64,000 bases of DNA from Syntrophales bacterium (GTDB lineage: Bacteria > Desulfobacterota > Syntrophia > Syntrophales > UBA2210), in NCBI GenBank assembly GCA_963662405.2, contig CAXXKT010000003.1, positions 224,001 to 288,000 on the forward strand, written 5' to 3'. Under the pieces are notes generated by a model, which searched no databases, was not told the origin of the DNA, and saw nothing but the letters and a program-made list of their open reading frames with translations. Of the stretch, positions 1-8,319 are shown piece after piece. Position 1 is the first letter of the stretch. Each line of letters begins with the position of its first letter. Position numbers and translations under genes: made by a program.

Positions 1-13
1 TTGTCTCTCTTTG

Positions 14-21
14 TCCGATAT
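14..21 (+). promoter_or_regulatory. probable sigma28 -10 element of fliC
   Basis: TCCGATAT resembles GCCGATAA, ~170 nt upstream of flagellin; the -35 element would lie just outside the window. Confidence 0.55.
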
Positions 22-128
22 ACTGGTCAAAGATCAGCGCGGCAGTCAAACTTTGAAGAAAGGGGGTATGACACTAAGGCACGATGAACAGGCGGGCAGA
101 CCCTGCGGGGGTGTCCGGGCGTTGATCT

Positions 129-183
129 GGCGGCACGGATGCCGCCGCGGCCGAAAGGCCCAACACACAAACAATCAAGGAGG
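129..183 (+). promoter_or_regulatory. CsrA-binding sites in fliC leader
   Basis: Hairpin GGCGGCA-CGGA-TGCCGCC (129-146) presents ACGGA at the loop; CAAGGAGG overlaps the SD; csrA and fliW are in the cluster. Confidence 0.7.
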
Positions 184-191
184 ATACAAAC

Positions 192-1616
192 ATGGGTTTA
201 AGAATTCAAAATAATATCGAGGCGATGAACACGCAGAGGCAGTTGGGTATTTCCAGTTCGCACTTCTCCAAGTCCCTGGAGCGGCTCTCGTCCGGGTTCC
301 GGATCAACCGCGCCGCCGACGACGCGGCGGGGCTCGCCGTTTCACAGTCATTCAGGGCGGATATCGCCAGCTACAAGGTGGCGGTCAGAAATACCTCCGA
401 GGCGAACGCGCTCCTGCAGGTGGCGGAAGGTTCGCTGGACCAGATGGGGAACATCCTGACCCGTCTGAAAGAGCTGGCCACCCAGGCGGCCTCCGGTAAC
501 GCCGGATCAAATATCGACAAGATCAACGACGAGGCGAACCAGCTCGTCGAGGAATTCGACCGGATCGCCACCAGCACCACCTACGCCGGCACGGACCTTT
601 TGACAGGGAGCTTGGCGGCGGGATCCATGGCGGGCACCCTCGACGCCTCCGGCCACAGCTCAACCGCTCAGACCACGGGCTCGGACAGCAGCATTGTCGG
701 AGTGGCGTCAACTCTGACGGGCTTTGCTGCGCCTGTAGCGTCGCTTGATGCATCCGTGTCGAGTCTTGCCGACGATGACAATACATGGACCATCGCGAAT
801 GACGCCACGGCGTCGGGCCTGGTTCTGTCCAATGGGAACGGTATGCAGTTTACCGCTACGGCGAACACGGATGCAGACACCATTACCGTACACGGGATGG
901 GCGCAAATCAGTCCGACCTGGTGATCTCAACCGACGACGATGCGACGGGTGCTGCCGATGGCAAAACCATCACCTTTAACAATCTTGGTCTTTCCGAAGT
1001 CTCTGTGGAGAATGACGCCGAGACTGGCGTGTACACCTTCAGCACCACGGGTAGCAATATCGTACTGACCCACAGCGACGGGACCAACCAGTCCGTCGCA
1101 GCGGCGGCGTCCTCGACGCTGGACTTCGATGAACTGGGGATTTCCTTCGACCTCGGCGCGGAATGGGATGCCAACGATCTCGACGCTCTCACCATCACCG
1201 TGGCGGGAACATCGGGCAGTTCCATGGACTTCCAGATCGGTGCGGAGAATGCCGACGACAACAGGCTGAGCATCAGCCTCGCCGACTCCCAGGCAGCCAC
1301 GCTGAATCTGACTGCCGATATGCTCTCGACACAGGGGGGCGCACAGACGGCCCTGGGGACCATCGACGCGGCCATCAACCAGCTGTCCGACAACAGAAGC
1401 GCCGTGGGTGCCTACATGAACCGTCTCAGCTACGCCTCGGCGAACCTCGCGAGTATGACCGAGAACGTCCAGTCGGCGGAATCGGTTATCCGCGATGTGG
1501 ATATGGCCAGCGAAATGACGGACTTCACCAAGAACCAGATCCTGATGCAGGCCGGTACGGCCATGCTGGCTCAGGCGAACATGGCGCCCCAGTCGGTTCT
1601 TTCGCTCATCGGCTAG
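192..1616 (+). CDS. fliC: flagellin
   Basis: N-term RLSSGFRINRAADDAAGLA, C-term IRDVDMASEM...QAGTAMLAQAN; AGGAGG RBS. Confidence 0.98.
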   Translation: MGLRIQNNIEAMNTQRQLGISSSHFSKSLERLSSGFRINRAADDAAGLAVSQSFRADIASYKVAVRNTSEANALLQVAEGSLDQMGNILTRLKELATQAASGNAGSNIDKINDEANQLVEEFDRIATSTTYAGTDLLTGSLAAGSMAGTLDASGHSSTAQTTGSDSSIVGVASTLTGFAAPVASLDASVSSLADDDNTWTIANDATASGLVLSNGNGMQFTATANTDADTITVHGMGANQSDLVISTDDDATGAADGKTITFNNLGLSEVSVENDAETGVYTFSTTGSNIVLTHSDGTNQSVAAAASSTLDFDELGISFDLGAEWDANDLDALTITVAGTSGSSMDFQIGAENADDNRLSISLADSQAATLNLTADMLSTQGGAQTALGTIDAAINQLSDNRSAVGAYMNRLSYASANLASMTENVQSAESVIRDVDMASEMTDFTKNQILMQAGTAMLAQANMAPQSVLSLIG

Positions 1617-1635
1617 GGGATACATCCTTAACGAC

Positions 1636-1659
1636 GGGCGACCGGCTGGTCGCCCCTAC
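1636..1659 (-). repeat. GTAG-type REP-like palindrome
   Basis: Minus strand reads GTAG-GGGCGACC-AGCC-GGTCGCCC: GTAG tetranucleotide followed by a perfect 8-bp hairpin. Confidence 0.6.
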
Positions 1660-1664
1660 CGCAC

Positions 1665-1699
1665 AGGGGAACAGATCTCGGTCTGTTCCCCTTGTTTTT
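1665..1699 (+). terminator. intrinsic terminator of fliC
   Basis: Stem AGGGGAACAGA/TCTGTTCCCCT followed by TGTTTTT. Confidence 0.85.
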
Positions 1700-2050
1700 G
1701 TGCGATTCCGGGGCGACCTATGGGCAATGTGCCGGCCGGCGGCCGGCGGACCGAAGGAACTGCGGCAACGGTGATGTTCAATGGAGAGGGGGGAGACCTT
1801 GAGAAGAAGGAATGATTCTATAAAAAACGACTCCTTCAGACAACAGAAAGAAACCGTACCGGAGCACTGGCCCCGTACTTATGAAAAGGGGAAATACCTC
1901 ATCAGTCGTAATCAGGCCGGGGCGTCAGTTGTTTGACGGATACGGCATCGACCGGTCCGTACCCCTGAACGCATTGAAAAATAGGAATATTCCGGTACAA
2001 CAAAGAAGAGCCGCTGGACCGGCGGACGCCGACAGGGGATTTCCGAGACA

Positions 2051-3112
2051 TCAACCCTGAATGGCGAAGCCGGGGTATCCTTTCATGGCGTAGGATATCT
2101 TGTTGGATCTCAAGAATTGATAATGCCTGCTCATTGCGTCGATTCGTTTTTTCAGGGTTCGGCTGTATACAGAGTCAAGCTCATAATAATCCTTGCAGTT
2201 TCCTGAAAGAAGATGCCGAGCCCACACCGAAACGACACCATCCCACCGTGCCATTTCACGGTAGTGGTAGTAAATTACATCCGGATAAAGGATCGTTGGA
2301 TCGGTTCGCGACGGAGGGTTCAATTCCGTTGGCATATCCGCAAATCTCATGAGGAACTGTGAATTCAACTTCAGGCTATTGCCCGGGTCAACAGCCTCAT
2401 AGCATTGCAGATAGCGCTCCCGCAAACAGGTGCCGGCAAGCCGTACCACGCGGCTGAATTGATGAAAAGAATCCATAAACAAAGAAAGGAGGTCTTTCAC
2501 GTCAAGGGCATCCACGTTTCTTCTCATCCCATAGACGGTCTCAATAAATGCCTCTGTTTCTCGATCAGTGTGGTCAGCCCGCTGAAGGAGTTCATAGCTA
2601 TGTTTGATCGACGAAATCCTGACGAGCATCCCTCGCGCGCTCACCTTTTCTGCTGCGAGAACCTGATAAAACTGGATAAGCCGTGACGATATGAAGTCAA
2701 ATATGTTCTGCAGTGCGAGCGGGGTGACCTCATCGTGTTCTATGTCCGTAACCTCCAATGGTTCTCCCCAGAGCAATTGAAGCTCTCTCGCGTGGACCGT
2801 ATGAAGGAAATATCTGAAAGATTCACGGTCATAGAGATAGATATCATGTATAAAAAGATAGCGGACAAGTTCGCTGTCATCGAACCTGAGTATCCGCAGG
2901 CGATCCATGGCTTCCGGATCAATGACGGTATCGACCACAACAACGAGATCAATATCGGAAATCCCCGGATCATTTGTCGATCCAATCTGGTAAACCGCGA
3001 TAACGGCTCTGTTTTTTGAAGCATATTCAACATAGCGCTTTATTGTCGTGTCGTATGCATCAATGCTGAGATTTTTTACATCCTGTATAAATTCAATATT
3101 TTTCCGTGCCAC
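2051..3112 (-). CDS. Pol-beta-superfamily nucleotidyltransferase-fold protein, function unknown
   Basis: 353-aa ORF with hGS-x7-DhD motif (YQIGSTNDPGISDIDLVVV) followed by a helical C-terminal region; overlaps the end of the upstream gene. Confidence 0.7.
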   Translation of the reverse strand: MARKNIEFIQDVKNLSIDAYDTTIKRYVEYASKNRAVIAVYQIGSTNDPGISDIDLVVVVDTVIDPEAMDRLRILRFDDSELVRYLFIHDIYLYDRESFRYFLHTVHARELQLLWGEPLEVTDIEHDEVTPLALQNIFDFISSRLIQFYQVLAAEKVSARGMLVRISSIKHSYELLQRADHTDRETEAFIETVYGMRRNVDALDVKDLLSLFMDSFHQFSRVVRLAGTCLRERYLQCYEAVDPGNSLKLNSQFLMRFADMPTELNPPSRTDPTILYPDVIYYHYREMARWDGVVSVWARHLLSGNCKDYYELDSVYSRTLKKRIDAMSRHYQFLRSNKISYAMKGYPGFAIQG

Positions 3113-5705
3113 TGTCCACCTCTCTCAACCGTTCGAGCATGATTTCCGCTATGTCAAAGACGTTGCGATAAAAAGTGTCATTGAATTTCATCAGCCGCGA
3201 TGGATTCCACTTTTCTCGAACGCGGCTTACCCTATCAAAAACAGACCACAATCGTTCATCAAAATACGGTGCAGCCATTGCGTATGCGTCGCGTTTATAG
3301 GGATACAGGTCATGAAAGAGTTCCAGATAGAGGACGGGAAGAAGCGAGAAACGGCTGAGAAATCGTTTCATATCGAAGGGTGTCCGGGGAAACGACCGGT
3401 TGATGTAACTCGTTCTGAAAAAATAGCCTGTATGCCAGAGCGAAAATCGATTCTCATACTCCGAGCCCCGGGTAGAAAAACCCTGTTCCGTATTTCCTAG
3501 TATCGAAACACCGCATGCCATGGTGCTCAGCGGCAGGAAGGCTTCCGGATACCACTGCCGATCAAGGTCTGTGCTCGCGAAATAGCCGTGGTGCTGGAGG
3601 GAATCGAAGGCGCCCAGGATCCGGTTCGCCGTGGAAACGGTTTCCGCCACCGAAGCGATTATCGCAGGTGTTTTAAATGCTTTATCCGTGAGAAAGAACT
3701 GCGTATCAACATCACTGAAGGGCGTATAATCACCTGTTGCCATGCTGCCGTGGACGATAAAGGACGAAATGAGACCCTTTTCATACAGATCACTGAAGGC
3801 ATTATACAGGGCCTGATACAGGGTAGAGGTGGGGCTGCCTTCAGATACACCTGCACGGGCTCCGGCACCTGGTGTTAAGGGGATCGTCTTCCTGTCTCGC
3901 GATTCGGGAAGGTGGGCCTTGAGAAAGGCAAAGAGCTCGCACAGTGATCCGAGAGAAAATGTTGTTCCCAGAGGATTTCCCCATTCCCTGTCGCGGCAGA
4001 GCGTTTCCGTAAGCATTGTAGCTGCACTGACTTCATTTTGTGGAACTGTACGACTGTTGCAATACGCGTTGATCATCCTATGAAAACTTGTTTGGAGACG
4101 GCTCAGCAACTCATGCTCGGAAAACGGACGGGTTTTACTCAACAGGACATGGTGAAGGTCCATGTAATCACGGATACCCTCTTCCTTTTTCAACGCAAGC
4201 CCCAGCGCATTATCGGTTGAATATCCGTCCGTGACCTGTGTCGCAGGTTTGCCGTTCCTCTGCTCATTGAGTGCCGCTTTTTTTACATCGGCAGCGCCGT
4301 TGATGAGATGCCCTGGAGTGGGCTTTGGCTCAGACCTGGCGGCAAGGGGGGCGTTCGCCGGAGAATCGTTTGTTCCCCGTGCGTTTTTCCGCATTTCCTC
4401 GATGGCTGTCCTGATAGATGCCAGTTGTTGCTCAAGGCCGTACCGTTCTTCCACAAACCGTCGATAGTTGTCCGATTGGTAGTTGTCTTTGTCTTGTATC
4501 ATTGCGACGGCCTCTTCAAGGGATGCAAAGAGACATTCTTCAGGCCACAATCCGTCGGCGCCCGGGAAATGATTGATAAGGGGTCGATATCCCATGGCCA
4601 TGGCCTCGGCTATCCCGTAGCCGAAGGATTCAAAAACACTCGTCGTGAGAAGATAATTGATCCGTTCCGACTCGAACCACCGGGCGATATTTTCGACATG
4701 GCCGAACAGCCGGACCTGTTTTTCCAGCCCGAGCTGTTTCGCGGTGTGCTCCAGATAAAGTCCGTAGCGCATTTCCTGAACGGCACCGGCGATCTTGAGT
4801 GTGTACCGGTCGTCAATGCCGACGAGACGATGGAGTATCTCCGGCCACAAGGAGGGATTCTTTTTACCGTTCACCTGTCCCACCACTGCCACGTTAAAGC
4901 CGGGCGATCGTTCCCCGAAAGCGAATCTGTCGAGGTTGACGCCGTTGGGGATAACAACCACCTCCGTTTCATCCATCAGTTTCGGATATATCCGTCGGGC
5001 GGTGTCAAGGACATGGGGGGCCACGAAAACGGCCTTCGTGATCTTCGACCAGTCGATACGGGGCAAGTGACCATCGAGTACCTCGTAGCTGTGAACCCTG
5101 CAGATAACCTGTTTTCCGTCAAGAAGCCCCCCGCGATGACTCAGCGTCGCCGCCAGTTCGTTCGCCCACTCGAGCCACACGAGATCGGCCCACTCCACCG
5201 CTGCCGTCAGCTGATTCCCATCCTTGCTGTAACAGGTACGGACATCATAGTGATGTGCGAGAAAGGCCACGATATCCCCCAGAAATGATTCGAGACCGGG
5301 AAGGCAGAGAACGGCAATCCGTACTCTCCTGTCATGCGGAAACGTTCCGGGCCGTGGTTCCGTTAAGGGAGCGTTACTGCGGGGTACCGCCGTATTGTGT
5401 GACATCCCTTCAGTCCCCCGAATCTCCGATATCATCCTTTTCATTGCCGCGAGGAGCTCGCGGTAATTCGCCGCAGCATCCTCATATTCAGGATCAATGA
5501 CAAGGGCCTCCCTGAAATACCGCATGGCCTCATCGAAACATTCTTTCCGGAAAGCGATAACACCAAGATTGTTATATGCCTCTTTAGACGGAAGGGCACC
5601 GGTAACGAGCCGCAGAAAGCATTCCCTTGCGGTGTCGATTTCACCCTGGGCAAAGAGTTCCTCTCCTCGTTTCAGCTCCCGTGCAATACGGTCATTTTCA
5701 CTCAA
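3093..5705 (-). CDS. TPR + GT4 glycosyltransferase + C-terminal nucleotidyltransferase-fold fusion protein
   Basis: TPR (AYNNLGVIAF...EAMRYFREALVIDP), GT4 motifs (VIPNGVNL; ESFGYGIAEAMAMG, EX7E), NTase motif IVHGSMATGDYTPFSDVD; start moved to TTG 5705 behind AAGGAG. Confidence 0.8.
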   Translation of the reverse strand: MSENDRIARELKRGEELFAQGEIDTARECFLRLVTGALPSKEAYNNLGVIAFRKECFDEAMRYFREALVIDPEYEDAAANYRELLAAMKRMISEIRGTEGMSHNTAVPRSNAPLTEPRPGTFPHDRRVRIAVLCLPGLESFLGDIVAFLAHHYDVRTCYSKDGNQLTAAVEWADLVWLEWANELAATLSHRGGLLDGKQVICRVHSYEVLDGHLPRIDWSKITKAVFVAPHVLDTARRIYPKLMDETEVVVIPNGVNLDRFAFGERSPGFNVAVVGQVNGKKNPSLWPEILHRLVGIDDRYTLKIAGAVQEMRYGLYLEHTAKQLGLEKQVRLFGHVENIARWFESERINYLLTTSVFESFGYGIAEAMAMGYRPLINHFPGADGLWPEECLFASLEEAVAMIQDKDNYQSDNYRRFVEERYGLEQQLASIRTAIEEMRKNARGTNDSPANAPLAARSEPKPTPGHLINGAADVKKAALNEQRNGKPATQVTDGYSTDNALGLALKKEEGIRDYMDLHHVLLSKTRPFSEHELLSRLQTSFHRMINAYCNSRTVPQNEVSAATMLTETLCRDREWGNPLGTTFSLGSLCELFAFLKAHLPESRDRKTIPLTPGAGARAGVSEGSPTSTLYQALYNAFSDLYEKGLISSFIVHGSMATGDYTPFSDVDTQFFLTDKAFKTPAIIASVAETVSTANRILGAFDSLQHHGYFASTDLDRQWYPEAFLPLSTMACGVSILGNTEQGFSTRGSEYENRFSLWHTGYFFRTSYINRSFPRTPFDMKRFLSRFSLLPVLYLELFHDLYPYKRDAYAMAAPYFDERLWSVFDRVSRVREKWNPSRLMKFNDTFYRNVFDIAEIMLERLREVDSGTEKY

Positions 5706-5850
5706 CGTACCACTCCTTATCGTTGATGGCGGATTTTCACCAGGCCTCCGTCCTTTAATCGTATATCCTGAAATCCCGTAAGGGTATTGAGATCCTCCAA
5801 TGCGGCACACGGTGAAGCGGGTGAGCACTCGAAGATTTCCCTCCCCATCA

Positions 5851-5866
5851 CGCAAATAGTATGCCT
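5851..5866 (-). promoter_or_regulatory. sigma54 promoter for the GT4-NTase gene pair
   Basis: Minus strand AGGCAT-ACTAT-TTGCG with correct GG/GC spacing. Confidence 0.6.
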
Positions 5867-6097
5867 CCGGATGATCCCGGCAATACGGTCTTCAAGCTTC
5901 GGTGCTCGACGCAATGGTCCTCTGCGATGGTGATACATCCTGCCGGTATAGGCAGGGGCGATTTCAGCGGGACGCTCCTTCGATCACGTCTCGACCGACG
6001 CTCGTATCGACAGCGCCTCTGATACATCCGATCACACTATCAGACAGGCCGAGCCGGTCCGTGACGATCATGAAAGTGGACATGAAAAGGCCTTCAT

Positions 6098-7801
6098 TCA
6101 TGAAGAGAGGTCCCGTTCAGACACCCCCTGCGCGTCCAGGGCTGCTATGTCCGATGAAATGAAATCGGCGAGACCGTCACCGGGGATATGCTTTCTCCTC
6201 AGTTCGTCCGCGATCCCGTCGAAGAGATCCGCCAGATCGGAGAAAGAGTTGACCACGATATCCCGGGGAAGTGCGAGTATCTGCAGTATCCGGTCGCAGC
6301 ACCCGATCACCTCCTCGATCCATCCCCGGGAGAGGAGGATCCGTGCCGCCTGGAGCGGGGCCGTTACGTTCGACTCGTCCCTTGTCGAAATCTCGGAGTA
6401 AAAGGCAAGAGCGCTTTCCACGTCACCGTGCCGTGCGGCGAAATCGGCAAGCTCCATGCACCAGGAGAGAGACAGATCGTCCATGGCCAGGGCGTCGATG
6501 CGCGATCGGGCGATGAGGGCAGTGTCATTTCTCAGGACGCCGATCTTGAAGAGGGCCTCCACCACCCGCGAATCCTTTTTCGCTCCGGCGCGGGTGTCGG
6601 CCTCTTCCAGATAGGGGCGTGCTGCGTCGATATACCCCGCACCGACAAAGGCCAGTCCCGCGTGGCGGCATACCGCTTCCCTGTCCGTGGTCGCATCGAG
6701 GGCGCGGTGGAAGAACCGGTCTGCATCATCGCCACCGCCCAGCCTCAGTTTCGCCGATCCCATCCAGCCGTATATCTTCCAGGCATCACCGTAGGTGGTC
6801 ACATGGAGCATTTCGGACGCGCCTGTCCCGTTCCGGTAGCGGTCGAGGAGTTCCAGATATCGGCTTCCGTATTCCGGAACGTGCTCCCACTCCCCTTTTT
6901 CATAGGCGATCATGGTACATGCCGCCAGGATATCGATCTGGTCGCCGAAGCGCTCATGTGTCTTACGGCAATACCGTTCAGCCTCGTCGTAGCGCTTCCC
7001 AAGAATCAGCGCTCGTATCACATTATAATACGCACGCACATAGGTTTTATTGGTTATGTCCTGTAATTCCACGAGATCTACCGCAATCATACCTTCCTTG
7101 AGGGAATCCTCGAACAGGTCAAGTGATGCATAAGAGGAACTGAGATACATATGGGCGGCGGCGTTGGCGGGGTTCTCCGCGATCTGTTTTTTGAGGAGCG
7201 TGGCCGTGCGCTCGAACTTCTTCTCGGCCATGCCGCGGCCCTTGTCGTACCCGAAATGGATAATTCGACCGAGCGAGGCGCCGGGGTGTGAAAATCCCGT
7301 CAGATTGTTGTGCACGATCCCTTCATAACGGATGACCCCGTTATTCACAAAGAGCCGGATCGAATCGTTGGAGGTGGTTTCTTTTCCCTGGGACATCATG
7401 TTTTCGACCTTCATGACCAGGGAATCGATCCCCTCATCGCCGGCGAGGGCGACCTCGTCTCTCAGACTCCGCATCGTGGATGGCGCCAGCACTTCATCGG
7501 CGTCGATAATGAAGATCCATTCCCCCCGGGCGTACGAGATCGACTGGTTCCGGTGCAGGCTGAAGTCATTCCGCCAGGGATGGTGAAACAGGCACGCCCC
7601 GAAGTCCTCGGCGATCTCAACGGTGCGGTCCGTCGATCCCGTGTCGACAATCACGATTTCATCCACCTGATTTTTGATGCTTGCGAGACAGCCGGGGAGC
7701 ATCTCCTCTTCATTCTTGACCATCATGCAGGCGGAAAGCACGATACGCGAATCTGTCTTCTCTTCCCTCTCCATCTGTACGTTTTTTTGTCTTGAGGTCA
7801 C
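6098..7801 (-). CDS. GT2 glycosyltransferase with C-terminal TPRs, putative flagellin O-glycosyltransferase
   Basis: LSACMMVKNEE, VDTGSTD, WRNDFSLHRN, IDADE (DxD) motifs, then TPR-like helices; adjacent to fliC. Confidence 0.9.
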   Translation of the reverse strand: MTSRQKNVQMEREEKTDSRIVLSACMMVKNEEEMLPGCLASIKNQVDEIVIVDTGSTDRTVEIAEDFGACLFHHPWRNDFSLHRNQSISYARGEWIFIIDADEVLAPSTMRSLRDEVALAGDEGIDSLVMKVENMMSQGKETTSNDSIRLFVNNGVIRYEGIVHNNLTGFSHPGASLGRIIHFGYDKGRGMAEKKFERTATLLKKQIAENPANAAAHMYLSSSYASLDLFEDSLKEGMIAVDLVELQDITNKTYVRAYYNVIRALILGKRYDEAERYCRKTHERFGDQIDILAACTMIAYEKGEWEHVPEYGSRYLELLDRYRNGTGASEMLHVTTYGDAWKIYGWMGSAKLRLGGGDDADRFFHRALDATTDREAVCRHAGLAFVGAGYIDAARPYLEEADTRAGAKKDSRVVEALFKIGVLRNDTALIARSRIDALAMDDLSLSWCMELADFAARHGDVESALAFYSEISTRDESNVTAPLQAARILLSRGWIEEVIGCCDRILQILALPRDIVVNSFSDLADLFDGIADELRRKHIPGDGLADFISSDIAALDAQGVSERDLSS

Positions 7802-7866
7802 GTCACATGCCTTTCTCTGTGTATCCTTACGCCGTGGTGCGGCGCTGTTTTCTTCGCTCGGAATTT

Positions 7867-7882
7867 AGCAAGATCGGTGCCA
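7867..7882 (-). promoter_or_regulatory. sigma54 promoter for the GT2 gene
   Basis: Minus strand TGGCAC-CGATC-TTGCT, consensus match. Confidence 0.85.
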
Positions 7883-8210
7883 TACAGCGGATTGGTGCTT
7901 TCCCCCGCGACCCGATCGATGCCGGAAGATCGGAAGACTGGTTTTCCGGGGGGGGTATTGAAAATGAGCGAGGATTGTTTCTGAACCCGCTGAAGAAAGA
8001 ACCGCAGAACACACATATTCTCAACAACCTCGGGGCGGTGTGCCGCGGAGGGGGGCAATATCAGGAAAGCGAAAAAGGTGTGTTCCATTACAATATACTC
8101 CATCTACAAGAATCGGAGGAGGTGGCGCCGCAGGAACGATCGGCCGGTCACCCCCGCGGCATTCTGGCCTCTTTCTTGCATTTCCTGTTGAAAAATCCTG
8201 AAATACCCCT

Positions 8211-8237
8211 TCAGGTCGGAGGGTAAAATGCCGATAG
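8211..8237 (+). promoter_or_regulatory. sigma28 promoter of fliD
   Basis: TCAG-N15-GCCGATAG. Confidence 0.7.
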
Positions 8238-8319
8238 TATGTACGAGGAAGGGAAAAGGTTACCCCTTTTCCCGAAAAAGAAATCAGGACATTTTTTCCC
8301 ACCCAAGGAGATATTTGCC

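Noticed and set aside
40..120. Possible c-di-GMP-I (GEMM) riboswitch in the fliC leader
   Set aside because: Only loose resemblance (GTCAAAC..GAAA..GACAC); no convincing P2/P3 pairing or tetraloop receptor by eye. An Rfam scan would settle it.
1799..1936. 45-codon TTG-start ORF after a GGGGGAG motif downstream of the fliC terminator
   Set aside because: No recognisable motif and no promoter found; cannot be supported.
2051..3820. CBASS/CD-NTase or MNT-HEPN toxin-antitoxin interpretation of the NTase domains
   Set aside because: No effector, Cap or HEPN partner recognised; fusion to GT4 and the flagellar promoters favour a glycan-related role, though a profile search is needed to exclude it.
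5706..5855. N-terminal 50-aa extension of the GT4 fusion shown in the ORF track
   Set aside because: It overlaps the sigma54 promoter; a better RBS precedes TTG 5705.
7792..8226. 144-aa ORF as an intact gene
   Set aside because: It spans two divergent promoters, and only a short TPR-like patch looks protein-like.
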